Source: Vicugna vicugna
Lineage: Eukaryota
Direction: 5' to 3'
Length of the DNA stretch: 64,000 nt
Assembly: GCA_013265495.1 (NCBI GenBank)
Contig: MU057711.1
Span: 1,550,001 to 1,614,000, forward strand
Shown here in pieces: positions 37,034 to 50,209 of the stretch. The translations under genes and the position numbers were made by a program. Numbering within the stretch: the stretch's first letter is position 1; the number at the start of each line of letters is the position of its first letter. The notes under the pieces are model-generated. The model had not been told where the DNA came from and did not search any database. It saw nothing but the letters and a program-made list of their open reading frames with translations.

Positions 37034-37904
37034 ATGAGGGTCTTTTATGCATGTGTAGTAGTTGATTTTGCTGGCTCTTAAAGCATTATCTTTTATAAAT
37101 CCCTAAGTGTTAGAAGTGGGAAAACCATCTTTCTTTTAAATTTAGCAAATAGCATTTATGTGCATATGTGCTTACGCCATCTACACACTTACACTGTAAT
37201 AGAAATACCGTGGAAAAGCAAACCATAAGCTTTTAACACTGTTAGGCATGAGCTTTTTCCCTCTCATCTCCTCCTGAAGAGATATTTAGAAGAATGAGAG
37301 GCCCCTCTGGCTCTGCGTTTATAAGCTGTAGCAGAAAAAAAAAAATGTCAATTCCTTTTTAGACTCAGGATCACACTATAATAAACGTGAATCTAAGTAG
37401 TCGCTCAAGTGCTTTCTAAGCAGTGGTTCCATCTATAATCACGCACATATCCTTCTTTTATTTAGTAAATGCCAATAAAAGCCAATAAGAAAGCAGTGCC
37501 ATTTGCATGTTTCATATTTCTACTCAATGTGGAGACCAGTGGTTGAATAGTCTCATTTGAGAGTCAAGAGAGGCAAATAAAGTTGATTTCCTGCATCTCA
37601 CATGGTCCCTGTAGATTTAGAGAGCAGTGTGTTGGTTGTGAGATAAAACTAGAAAGGTTTTGCTAGTACAGTGACCTGAGCATGCTTCTGGAGAAACCAA
37701 ATGTAGCCCTTGGGAAATGCAAGCTTCTCTCCTCTTTGAATGGGCTTTGTTCTAGGGTGTTTCACATGAAGCTGTGGTACTTACCATGGAGTAAAATCAA
37801 ACCATCACATTCTTGGGCTATATACAATTAAGACAGGATTTATGTTTATAAAAACATTTGATTATTAAGGTAAGGAAATAGGGTGCATGGAAGACAGATT
37901 ATGC

Positions 37905-38135
37905 AGAGATGTGGGTTCTAGAATCATAATACCTGGTTCCAAATCTTAGCTCCACTTGCTGAGTGATCTTGGGTTAGTCGCTTAACCTCTCTGAGCCTCA
38001 GCTTCTTTCTGTGTAAAATGGGGGAAATGATAGCTAACCATATGTTTGTTGAGTATTTAATGATTTAATACATGCAAAACAATTGACAAATAATAAGCAC
38101 TACATAAATGCTAATTATTGTGATTTTTATTATTA
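37905..38135. mobile_element. MIR SINE
   Basis: CTTAACCTCTCTGAGCCTCAGCTTCTTTCTGTGTAAAATGGGG. Confidence 0.85.
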
Positions 38136-39849
38136 TGTATTGAGAAAGGATTTTCACAGCTAAGATATCAAAAGAAGTGGAGATGCTGAAGAATTCTTTG
38201 GCTTTACAAGATAACTTCCAGTACAAAATGGGACCCTATCTGACAACCAGATCAATGTGACAATCAGAATGTTCCAGCCCAGGTGTATGTACCTCAGGCT
38301 TCATCTGGGGAAAATGCTTAAAGTTGCCCAAAGTGGTTTGTGGGGTTTTTTTTTCAAATTATAATAAATGAAATCTTCATTCCTCTCTGCCCTTCTCTGC
38401 CTCAGCACTGTCTCTTACTCTATGGTCTGTGAATGTATTTCTCTTCTGAGTTTGGCTCTTTTTTTAGAACTAGTTGTGAATTCTTTATTCTCTCACATAG
38501 ACATATGACAGTGGGGGAGGAGGGCATGTGTATTTCCTAAATTTTAGCAAGAAATCTGTCTTGCTATCTCCATAGAGTGGAAAATTCAGCCAGGAGAGCC
38601 TGTTAGTTTCATTCCCCTTTCAAATCACATTCAGCAGTGACTTATGCCCAGTGCCCATCAGTCAGACATTTTGATCATGAGTAATGGAGGAGCTTCAGAA
38701 GTTTGGGTGGGTATGGATTTTGTATCTATGAGAGGGAATCCTAAGCCCTTGGAGTGACTTTTGAAGCAATATCTGCTGGAGCCACACCCATGTTCGCTAC
38801 ATCTCTGTCAGACAGGCTGCCCTTTGGCTACTGGAACCCACTTTGTCCACAGCTTGGGAACTTGAAAGTACCCGGGAATTAATCTCTCTCTGGGGGCATC
38901 CTTAATCAATGACTGTGGAGTACACGGTGATAAATACCCCAGATCCCTCACCCCTTGGCCGAGGTGATTCCAAGGCCTGTGTTTTGCACAGTTTTCCAGT
39001 TTCCCTCTGAGATTCAGCTGCATTTGGCATCATGATAGCTGGTTTAGTGATGCCCCCTTATTGTTCACCACCTTCCCTTCCCTGTCTCAGTTCTCCGCTC
39101 ACCTTTCCAAGCTCCCTCTACCTCCCAGTAAGCCACCTGGCTCTCAGATCCTTGGCTCTGGGTCTCTTCTGGGATTTCCAGCCTACAATGGTGCACACTT
39201 TCAATGCAGAAGGGAATCTGCTAAGCCTGGATTAGATTTTGCCAAAACCACTCTGGGCCCCCAGTTGGCTGGGCACAATTTGGCAGACCACTGCTTCCCC
39301 TGGGTTTGGAATTCTACCCATTTCTACATGGATACAGACATGTCAAGGCTTGGACTGTTGGGGAAATGGGTAAGGACCATAGTCAGCCATTCACTCATTC
39401 AACCTTCCTTCTGCAGGACAGCCAGTTTGTATAGGAGGAGGGAGATTTTAGTAGCAGTGGTCAGGCTTCTAGCATCTAGCATGCTGCGAATGCTGGTTTT
39501 TAAGTATAAGTGATCCTCAATGAATCTTCCTATCCACTTCATCCACTCTCTTTACAGACCTGTCAGACGAGTGCTGTACTGTTTCCCCAGTACCAGTCTA
39601 GCTAAACCAGTCACCCTAGCCACCAGAGTATCAAAGAAAACACCTGCTTCTCAGAAGGTTTTCTATCTAGGGAAAAAAAGGATTGGTTCACATGGCCCCT
39701 CACTGCAAACCAGCTCATCCTTTGGCAATCTGAGGCCACGGTTGCACATTCAGCCAGGTGGGTCTCTTAAAAGCATCTCCTTTGCCATATTCTCCATTGC
39801 AGGCTCTGGTTCCCATCTTTTTTCTTGTTTTGCTTTATCACCTTTGTGA

Positions 39850-40022
39850 TGCTTTAATGCTCAGCACACCAGCTGAAGCGATGTGACGTCTGCATCACAG
39901 TATATTAGCATTCCAAGAAACATGCAATCCCTCAGTAGACAATAAATTTGATTTTGCACAAGTAGTGTCCTTTATACTTTGCTCATAAGGCAATCTCCCA
40001 AGTGTATCTGTGGTTTTTCTCT

Positions 40023-40055
<33 letters not shown>

Positions 40056-40520
40056 CAACACAACACAAATAGCCTGGTAGAGTAAAAACGGGTTGCGTGA
40101 TGGGTCTTGCGCTCAGCAAAAAGAACTTAGACAAAGCAGCCGTGCTGATGTTCTTATTTACAAAGGTTGCCGTCTGGGAAATTAATGCCTGCTGTTGCTC
40201 AGTAATTAGGAAAATTTAGGACCCCTAGTGCTCCAACATCTTGCATTAAAGGTTGTATGTCATCAGTGTTTTCATGAGAATTTGCTAGATTTCCATCATT
40301 AATAACAGGCATAAACCCAGCAAGCAGGAGAATATGCATCACATTTAATCAATTTGCTATTTGTATTCACTGTGTACGTCCCCCATGTTGAGTCATGAAA
40401 AATTGAAAGGCCGTTACCAATAGAAAGAGCATCATGGATTACAAACGATGTAACAAGGGCGTCAGCGCGATTAATTGGTCAGTTGTGCTTGTCAGTACAT
40501 TTAAAGTGATTAAGGCAGAA
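39850..40520. promoter_or_regulatory. Candidate conserved non-coding element / enhancer
   Basis: No recognisable transposon. Retained CpGs, multiple TAAT cores (TAATTA ~40203, GATTAATTGG 40469-40478), TGAGTCA 40389-40395 and TGACGTC 39884-39890. Confidence 0.55.
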
Positions 40521-41736
40521 AGATTAGAAGGGACACGAGTGTGCTTGGAAAATAGAAGCCCCAGAACACTAGGACTCTCCCAGGGCCCTCCTGCCCGAAT
40601 AAATGCAGCAAAATCCAATGGCATTTATTCCAAGAAATTCATTCTCCAAAGGTTTGTTTTTCCAGGGATTGTGCTGAGCGTTGCGAATACAACAAAAAAC
40701 AAAAACAAAATAAGTGACGTCTTTGACCTCAGGCGCTTACATTCCACTGGGGAGGGGGAAGTATAAAATGAACAAACAGATATATAATATTGGGAGTGGT
40801 CAGACAGTAAAGACCACCAGAATGAGAGAAGGGCGTTGAGAGTGATGGTGGTAGTGAGGACAGGCCTTTCTGGGGAAGTGACCCTTGAACAGAGGTTTAA
40901 GAGACGAGAGAAGACAAGCCATATGGCTGTTCAGGGGGAGGGTGTTTCATTCAGATGAACTGGCCCAACACCCCAACTCCCATTCTAACACTTATAAAGA
41001 AAAGAAAATTCTTGTAATTATTACTATTGCCTTGACCCAATGGAATGGTTTCTTCAGAGCTGCAAAACTCACACTGTCAACCTCCCCACAAGAGCCCCCG
41101 TCTATGGTGGCAACTCTGTTACAGTGGAAACCGGTAACAGCGTGGACCACTTCAATGGTATCTGCGCAGACTCCTTACCATGGTGGACAAAGCCCTCGGT
41201 GATCAGGCTCCTGCCTCACATTTCATACCACCCTTCCCTCACTTGCTGAGCTCCAGCCCCTGGCCTTTCTGTTGCTCAAACTGCCAGCCCCTTACCACCT
41301 GTGCATTTGCTGTCTCTCCACCTGGTGCAGTCTGCCCCCTGAAACTCAGACCTCCCCTTCCTTGGTCACCTCTCAGAGAAGCCCTCCCTGACCCCAAGGC
41401 AGAAGTCAGTCCCTGGCCCTTCACTATTATTAAGTCTTCCTGCTTTGTTTTCATCACGACACTTGTCGTTACATGAATTGCTTGGGCTCCACTTCTTTCC
41501 TGTCTAGCTCCACATTTGAATATCAGCTCCATGAGATCAGGTGCACATCGCGAGAGTTCACCCCTGTATCCCAATGTCTAGAGCAGTGCCTGGCACCAAG
41601 ACTCTTCTTGGACTCAAAGGTCCATGACAAATGAAGGAACATGTGATTCAATCAGCCGATTGGCTAACCAGCCAGAATAAAGCCCCAAATTGACAGTTTG
41701 GCTTCTGCTTTTGAATTCAGGTATCTTAAAATTTTG

Positions 41737-41893
41737 CAAGGCAAGGGTATGGCTCAGTGGTGGGCTCAAGGTCCTGGGTTCAATCCCCAGTACTTCTATT
41801 AAAAATAAATAATAAATAAACAAACAAATGAACAAACTTAATTACCTCCTCCCTCAAAAAGAAAAATTACAGAACAATAATATATATTGAAAA
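41737..41893 (+). mobile_element. vic-1-type SINE with internal deletion in the tRNA-like head
   Basis: GGGTATGGCTCAGTGGT-GGGCTC-AAGGTCCTGGGTTCAATCCCCAGTAC...AACTTAATTACCTCC. TSD AAAATTTTG at 41728-41736 and 41894-41902. Confidence 0.85.
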
Positions 41894-42397
41894 AAATTTT
41901 GTTTTTGCCTGAAAGCCACGTGGAAGAAATGAGTGTTTATTCTGAGCAGTACTGGGCAAATGAACGCCATTAGGCAACATTGATATTCGTGCTATTTTGC
42001 TTCATATGTGTAGGCTCTGTTGCTATGCGTTTTTAAATAACTTAATATTTCTTTTCAATGTATTGACTCATTTTTATAGGCTAAGTGCTATGTCATTGTC
42101 CTTGAGTATTTGCAAGTAATGGAACATGGGCCCAGAGTGAACCATGGCGCATTAGTATTACAGCAATCCTGCTTCTGTAGAATTGATGACCCTAAGACTC
42201 CTTGCTTAATATATAGCACCTGGGAAATACATCAGAAGAGGGTGATGTTGTCGTGTGATGGTATCAGGACTCCAATTTCCATTCGGGATATAATTCATAG
42301 CAGACCTGTGAGTGTTTATCCTGTACCAGGCTCTGTGGCAGGTGCTGGGGTACCAGATGAAGGAGGCACTGTTGCTACCAGGAAGAGCTGACAGTCA

Positions 42398-42585
42398 ACA
42401 ATGGTGGTTCTAAACCCACCCACATGCTAGAATCACCGGGGGTTCACCCTGTATACATGTGCCTGGGTCCTCTCCCAGACCAGTTGAATCAGAATCTCTG
42501 ATTCTGTGGCCAGGGGCTTACACATCCATGTATTTTTAAGCCCCAAGTGCTGCTCGTGGGCAGACAAGAGTTGAAACCCACTAGT
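42398..42585. mobile_element. MER5A-like hAT MITE
   Basis: GTGGTTCT.AA...TAGAATCACC...CCCAGACC..TGAATCAGAATCTCTG...GTTGAAACCCACT. Confidence 0.75.
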
Positions 42586-43763
42586 CTAATAGAAGCATGG
42601 ATGCAAAAAGAAGGAACCACAGGCAGTGGGACAAGGGCCATCATGACAGCTGAAAAGTGTGCTCAGGAAAACTGTCATATTTCTTTCTGGTGCATAGTGA
42701 CAACTCAGAAAGAAATGTTTTTAGGGGGCTGGAGACCAGATGACCTGATGTTGTGCAATAGATAAAGGTTACACATGTTCACCCCCTCCTGCTAAAAAAC
42801 TGGTAAAAAGTGGCAGATAACATTTGTTAAATGATTCTTTTTGCTATCTGGGGGCAAATAAATGATTTTATTTTTCTATGTAAGCCAGGAAGTGGATATA
42901 GTACACTTAATCAAACAAAGAATAGCATCTTTTCTAAATGGCAGACATGAGAGAAAGGAAAATATGAAAATCCGAAGGGTAACCATCAAAGGGAGGGAAT
43001 ACACACATCCTGTAAAATTATTTTAAAAGGTCAGAATCTCCTGAAGTGTGATTGGGAAAGTGGTCTGAAACTCTCTTCCTCAGATGGCCTGTGCCTTGGA
43101 TGGTAGACCCAAAAGTGTTTAGACTGAGGGGAAAAGCCAATCTTTCGGGGTAATGAATTGAAGATTATTTTATCCAGTTGAAGACCAAACTTTGCTCCCC
43201 CACTCCTTGAATATAGGTGGAAAGAACAAGAAAGTGAGAATGATTTTTAAAGGGCTAGATTTTTGTTCAGAGTGGCACTTCTGAATTCCTTGGTAAAATA
43301 GTCCTCTCTGATGGCTCATGGTAAACTGCTTTTGAAAAAGCAATGTTTGCAAACCTGGAGGCACTTCACAAAAGTAAGCTAACACGTTCTAAGAAAGTCT
43401 GCAGTGTCTAACCCTCGGACTTTGGCCTGCCTTCCTCTAATACGCTCTCTGCTCCTCTCCTCACCTGGAGGGTACAAGTTTCCATCCGAAGTGTAAAGAC
43501 CGATGCACCTGGCCCTGGGAAGAGCAGCCACCCGTGCCTTCCCACACCTATCCTCCAACTCTGCCTCCTGGGATCTTACGGTTACTGACAGCTGATGATC
43601 TTTAGAAATGGTCAGTTTTAGAGAAGCTGGTTACTTGCATATTTAAAGAAAGAAATGGTTTACAAAATAGAGGAATTACCCAAGAGAGCAGCAGGAGAGA
43701 TGCCTTACAGAGAAGTCTTGCCCCATAGAAGTGGCTCCTGAGGACTTGCTCCTTCCTGCAAAG

Positions 43764-43947
43764 CAGCACTTCTCAGCCCCGGTGTACCCTGTGGGTCACC
43801 TGTGGTGCTAGAAAAATCCTGACACCTGAAAAGTCTGAGCCCCGTGCCCAGAGCTCCTGGGCAGGGAAGGGCAGCCGGGCACAGGTGCAGCTTGTGAAAG
43901 CTCCCAGGGGAATCTAATTAATGTGCAGCCGGGATTGGGAACCACTG
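43764..43947. mobile_element. MER5-like hAT MITE
   Basis: CAGCACTTCTCA...AAAGCTCCCAGGGGAATCTAAT..TGTGCAGCCGGGATTGGGAACCACTG. Confidence 0.65.
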
Positions 43948-45135
43948 ATGTAGTCCTAGATTAGGAACCAAAATGGTTAATCAGGGAGGTAACGTTGGTG
44001 GCACACCCTGCCAAGCTCAAGGTCCTGGCATTTCCTGAGGTACGCAAAGGGCCAGGACTCACTGTGAAGGGAGAAGCTTTAGTGAGTAAAGCTAAGTAAG
44101 TCTATATTGGGGCAAATGTCCCCTTCCTTCTGTGACCTCCCAACTGCTTCTTGCCCTGCAGAAACTGAAGCAAGCAGGACAGACATCACTATCAGATAAA
44201 TGCCTGGTTTTCAGGTCCCTCCTGGAGTAATGGGATCATGGTGAGAAAAGCCACTTGCAAATGAAGTAAATACTTGAGCGAGAATCAGAAGCTGGGCAGT
44301 AGCGGGCCTAGGGGGGTCCACCTCAAAGGAGAGCAAGTGGGGCAGTTAGGGAGGTTTGTGCCGAGATCAAGGGCAGCTGAGTGACTGCAGGCGGGTGCTG
44401 GCCAGGGCTCCGGAGCACAGATGCCCCTGAAGCTCTGCCACATGTTCCACACCTCCATCTCCTACAGTGCTCCCAGGACAGAGCAGAGAGGGATGCAATT
44501 GAGGTGAAATCCCAGATGCAGCCTGGTCACCAGCGGGGGTTAGACACAAATTACATCTCAGGGTTTGTCCAGCCTTAGGACAGAGGGTGGTTAGTCTCTT
44601 GTGCTTTCACATGGGCTGGGCATTGGCTAAAGGCCACCTGGGGTGCTTCGGGCTCTCTGAAGAAGGGATGCGGCTCCAGGGCCAAGGAGCATCCCCTGGA
44701 AGTCACAGGTGGGACCTGGTAGAAGCAGAGCCTACGGAAGCTGAGAGACGGGTGCACAGCTGATGAAGGGATCCAGGAAGTCTGGGCAGGGCACTGACAA
44801 TGTTGGCTACACAGGCCAGAGCATCGTCTCCTAAATCCATTAGCTTAGCCCCCTATATTTCTATTGACAAACCAGAGAGTGGATTTCTACATTTTCCTCC
44901 TCTGATACAGTAGCTTTTCCCTCAGTGCCTTTCTCTTTCTTATTGCCCATTTCCCTGTTTTCAATGTTATTTTGTTTCTTGTTACCATCAGAAATCATGT
45001 TTGTCAGTTAGGATGAGGCAAGAGACAAGATACCTAGCCAAGGGCCTTCGTAATGGGAGACTTGCTCACACAACCAGAAGCCTGGTGGCCGGTGGTCCAA
45101 GTTTTAGTTGTTCAACAATGTCAGGGCTCTTAGGG

Positions 45136-45945
45136 TGTGATACTTTGACTTACAAGAAGTGATATGTATTTGTTCATCTTGTTTCTGGCAAGAGCACCAG
45201 GAATTTCCTAAGTGATGAGAAGCAATAAAGGTGTCTCTTGTTATGTTAATAAGGTGACTTTTGAACCACACCTAAGGATGGGGGCTGGTTGCCAGGAGAA
45301 CCAACTATGGGATGAAAGAAAGTTTCCAGCTCCCAATCCTCTTCTAGGAGGGGAGAGGGGTTTTCGATCGCCAAAAACCAATGATTTAAAAAGTCATGAC
45401 CCTGTGAGGAAGCCTCCGCAGAAACCCGTAAGGACCAGTTCATAGAGCTTCCAGGTTGGTGAACACGTGGAGCTTTGGGAAGCATGGTGCACCTGGAGAC
45501 AGCATAGGAGCCCCGTGCCCTTTCCCTGTACGTTGCCCTATGCATCTCTTCCATCTGGCTGCTCCTGAGTTATATTCTTGTATAATAAATATAATAAACC
45601 AGTGATCTAGCAAGTAAAGTGTTTCTCTAAGTTTGATGAGTCGCTACAGCAAATTAACAGAATTCAAGTAGAGGGTCGTTGGAACCTCTCTGGTCTCCAG
45701 CCAGTCAGTCAGCAGCACTGATGCAAAGGTGGGACTGCGATTGGTGTCTGAAATGAAGAGGGGACGGGCAGTCTGGTAGGACTGAGCTCTTAATCTATGG
45801 GATCTGATGCAACATCCAGGTAGATAGTGTCAGAATTGAGTTAAATCGATGGACACTGTACAAGTATCACAGAGAAATGCTTGTTTGTGTGGGAACCACC
45901 CCACCGCACGCGCACACACACACACACGGACAGTGGATGCAGAAT
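45136..45945 (+). mobile_element. MER21-family (ERVL) LTR
   Basis: GGGGCTGGTTGCCAGGAGAACCAAC...AGAGCTTCCAGGTTGGTGAACACGTGGAG...GCATCTCTTCCATCTGGCTG...GATAGTGTCAGAATTGAGTTAAAT. Confidence 0.75.
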
Positions 45946-46078
45946 TATAAAGAGGGCTCAGCCATCCTCATGGTGGTGGCAGCATGACTACAGCAGTCAC
46001 CAGCATCGTGTCCTCACACCATAAAATCCAAAATCCTGGAGGGAGGGACCAGCTTTCCTCATACATCATTCTCCAATC

Positions 46079-46257
46079 AAAAAAAGGAAGAAAGAGAGAA
46101 GGGAAGAAAGAAAGAAAGAATGAAAGAACAAAAGAAAGAAAGAAAAAAAGAAAGAAAGAAAGGGAGGGAGGGAGGAAGGAAGGAAGGAAGGGAGGGAGGA
46201 AGAAGGGGGCAGGAAGGAAGGAAGGGAGGAAGAAGGGGAGGGGAGGGGAGGGGAGAG
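46079..46257. repeat. Polypurine low-complexity tract (GAAA/GGAA/GGAGG)
   Basis: About 180 bp, almost purely A/G on the + strand. Confidence 0.95.
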
Positions 46258-46749
46258 GCTATTTCCCAGATCCAGGCACAGACTCCACTTTACAGGTGAT
46301 GGTTTGGTCAGGATGACATCACTGTCTTCCGACTTAGTCTTAAGGGGGACCAGGGAAAATCAGTATCTGCCTGCCAGTTGCTGCAGAAGGAGGATGCTGG
46401 TCATTCTCATTGGCCCTTCCAACCCGTCCTCTGCCCTTCTCCACCCTGCTTCCTGCTCCCTGCCCTGGGAGGCTGGTACCTGGGATTTCTTCACCCGGCT
46501 CCTCCTCCTCCGTTCCTAGCACATGAGTGGGGTCAGCCCCCCGGGAGGCACCAGGAGGAGATGCGAGGGAGCGAGGAGAGAACGTGGGACATTCTTCCCT
46601 CCACTCCATCCCTGCCAGGCCACAGTGTGGCAGTGGCTGCATTTCCCCACTGAAGGCCAAGGTCAGGGAGATGTTATTGCCTTTGGTCACCCCCTGAGAT
46701 ACTGTTCTACCTTTCAGACTTAGATCTACAGTCCAGTTGTAAGTGATTT

Positions 46750-47085
46750 TTCCCTCCTGCTTTTTATTTTGAAAGTTTTCAAATCTACTGAGAAGTTAAA
46801 AATAACATAATAAACACTCATACCCTTCAGCTAGCTTCCCCAGTGGTTAATATTATGTCACATTTTCTTTATGTCTCTCAATATATAGATAGAGCTATAA
46901 ATAGAGATGTATGTATAGACAGATAATGCATTGAACTGTACAGTTTTGGGTTTTGCTGAATGATTTGAATGTTCTAGGCATCTTGACATTTCACTCCTAA
47001 ACACTTCAACATACCTCTTCTAAGGATAAAGACATTCTCCTACATAACACCCCCAAATTAGCATTAATTCAATAATAGCGCCCAA
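46750..47085 (-). mobile_element. L1MC-like 3' UTR fragment
   Basis: TTTATTTTGAAAGTTTTCAAA..TAC.GAGAAGTT...AAGGATAAAGACATTCTCCTACATAAC. Confidence 0.65.
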
Positions 47086-49691
47086 TTGGCTTTTTGTTCT
47101 TTTGCTTAAAAAATATTTTCTTGATCAACCTGACGTTGATAGCGCTCTGCAGCTGACAAGGCGCTTACACCAACATTATTCATTTCACCCCCACTGCTGT
47201 CTTCTGAAGCAACTGTTAATCACCCTCATCTTATAGTCGAGGAAAATGAAAATCAGAGAAGCTAATGACCTACCCGAGATCACACAGCATGACTAGGATC
47301 CAGAGTAGGCCTTCCAACTCCAAACTGCACACGTTTTTCATGACATGACAACCCATTTTGGACAGAGTGTTTGTTTTTCTAGAACTTGTACCCCCAAACA
47401 TTTCCCTTATTTTTTCCCCTCCAACTTTCATATTCACCAAAAATAGTGAGGATCCCTTTCTCCAGCTTCAAATAGTGAAGCTCTAGAGATGCTGGTTATC
47501 CACCTTGGCCTCTGTTTGGTGTGGGAAAAATGCTAGGCAACACATTTGGACACTGCATTTAATTTAAGCGAGCGTGATTGATCACATAGTATTTCTTAAC
47601 TGCATTATGCTTGATTCGCCCCTTCCTTCCCTGGGCCCAGAGTAAAAGAAAGCTTCCCTCTGCACACCCTTTGACTTCATCCTCCTGGCTGGGAGGAGCC
47701 TGGTTTATGCTGCTCGAGGAGCAGGGGAGAGTAAATGGCCTTGATGCCCAGCCAGGGCAGAAGCTCGGACCCCCAGTTACCAGATCTGCCTCTCAAGGAC
47801 CTCTCCAGTCAGGCCCTTTCTCTCCTTTGCCATTGTTATTATGCCAGCTCAAGCCACCTCAACACCTGCTGGGGAACCTGCAGCTACCCCCTACCCCTTG
47901 CAAGTCTGCCCTCCATCTTCATCCCCTCCTCCCCCTCTGAACCTCAGCAGTGATGTCTGCTCCCCTTGGAATATAGCACCAATTCTGTGCTGTGCCTGCA
48001 CAGCCTCCTGGCTCTGGCTCCCACTGACCTCACTGCCTCCTCTCCAATCATGAGCCCCTCCCCACCCCAAGTTCACACCATGCCAGCCTTGTTTTCCCCA
48101 GTCAGACCAGGGCCTCTCCACCTCCTTCTTTCTCTGCCTGCAGTGCTTCCCCATTTCCACCTCTGGCTGCCCGACCGTGCATGCTCCAAACCTCATCCTT
48201 CAAACCTCAACCTGACGACCCGGGTCTGAGCCCCACAGCTGCATCCCCACAAAATGCCAGCATCACACCCTGTGCTTTTCCTATGTGCAGCCCAGCATCG
48301 TTACATAACATGTGCTCAACAAATTGTTCAATGATCGAATGCTTCTGATTTCTCTAGAGAAAGTAGGGAGGCCCAGAGAGGAGGAGTAACACCTAGAGTC
48401 GGTGTCAGAGCCCAGGTGAGCCCAGGCCCTTCTCACCCAAAGCCTCCATCCTCGCTGCCTCAGGAAGGAGCCCCTCCTGCCTTATCCTGGCTCCTGCATC
48501 TGGGAGTGGTCCCCTTGCCCTGCCGTCATCACAGGACACATCCCCCCTAGAGGGGGCTAGGAAAGGCCACCCTCACCTTCCCTTCACGGCTGCTCTTCAG
48601 ACCGCTCATGTTCATTATGCGCTTGCTCAGCTGCTTCATTATTGCTATTCACTTATTCATCGAAGATTTATTGAGCATAATTACATGTGACATTATGTTA
48701 TTCATAGGGATACAGCGGTAAGTGAAATAGGCTGCTCCCCTCAGGGCATCACCTTGTAGAAAAAAGACAGACCAAATCCGATAAACAGATAATGTCCAGT
48801 GGTGGCCAGAAGGAGGTGCCAGGAAGGAACCCAGAGGACAGAGTGACAGAGAAGCAGTGGTCCCCACCCAGCATCAACGCTCCCTGATTCCTAACAGAAC
48901 CCCTGTTGTTGCATTCAGCAGTCCATCCCCTCCACCAAACATCCCCTGAGCCTTGGGAGAAAGCATCCTGACCCCCAGGCCCCAGGTGGACCTGACTGGC
49001 CCAAAGGTAATTCCACCCCTTGCCGGTGATGGGCTCAAGACGGACCATGTGACCCACTTCAGGCCAATGAGACAAAGGTAGTTCTGCTACGGCAGACAGG
49101 GACCTAGGGAAGTGTCCTTGCTCTAAAGAGAAAGCCACAAGGGGAGATGGTCCCTCTGCTTCTGGATGCTGTCGTGTCTGGATGCGACGGCTAGAGGTGC
49201 TGCAGCTTCTTACTCCCCCAGCTTGAGGGGGAAGCCAGCCCCGCGTCCAGTTGAGCAGAGAGGTCAAGGAACTGGGTGTGCTGTTCTGCTGTATTGGGAG
49301 GGTCCTGGGGCTCTCTGACTACCCATCCATGAGAGCCCCCAAGTTATTGTTTAATTCCCCCTACTCTTTTTTTAATAGCCCACCCAAAATACCAAAATTG
49401 ACACAGAGATGTGGGCGGTACCTACTTTCGGCATTGTCCCACGCCCTCGTACCATGAGACTTTCCTGGGGTCCCCTAAAAGGGTAGCAGACTTAGGCAAA
49501 GAAGTGAGGGGGGAACAGGAGAAGGGTCAAACAAAGCCGCCAGGGCAGCTTCCACCTGATCCGCTAGGGAACACGACCGAGGGAGTCGTGCTTTCCTAAT
49601 CCCACGCCTCAGTCTCAGCCTGAGGGCCGCCCTGGGGGACAGAAGCGCCCAGTCCCTTCCAGCTCTCAGCGCCTGCAGTTAAAGTAGCTCC

Positions 49692-49880
49692 GCGGAGGGT
49701 GGTATAGCTCAGTGGTAGAGCGCACACTTAGCAGGCACGAGGTCCTGGGTTCAATTCCCAGTACCTCCAGTAAATAAATAAATAAACCTAAATAAATAAA
49801 TAAATAAATAAACCTAATTACCCCTTCAAAAGAAACAAACAACAGCAAAAAGAACTAGTTTTAAAATAAATAAATAAAAA
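49692..49880 (+). mobile_element. vic-1-type SINE, well preserved
   Basis: GGTATAGCTCAGTGGTAGAGCGCACACTTAGCAGGCACGAGGTCCTGGGTTCAATTCCCAGTACCTCC with A/B boxes and (TAAA)n tail. TSD core TAAAGTAG at 49680-49687 and 49881-49888. Confidence 0.92.
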
Positions 49881-50209
49881 TAAAGTAGTTTCAGAGACCC
49901 AAGAGTGGCACCTGCTGACCACTGGAAACAAAAGTTTACAGTGAAGCTGGTGGAAAGGGGCACAGAAGTGACTGAAGGGATCGGCGAGGGTCTGGACGTC
50001 GGCCAGTAATGGAGACCACAGGGTGGATGAATGAAGAGGCCCTGGATGTGTCCGCAGCTAACTCCCAAACAGCAAAACCAAGGCAGCCGTCTGGTCTGCA
50101 AATGCTCCCACCATATCCCTCCTCCAGCCAGAGGGGTCTTTTCTTGCTGCCCACAGCTGCCCACACAGGGTGGCCCACAGAAGCCCCCCAACTCTTATTA
50201 AAATGGAAA

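Noticed and set aside
49700..49770. tRNA-Ala-like sequence (also at ~27090 and ~41745)
   Set aside because: Followed by the SINE linker and tail and flanked by TSDs, so these are SINE heads rather than tRNA genes.
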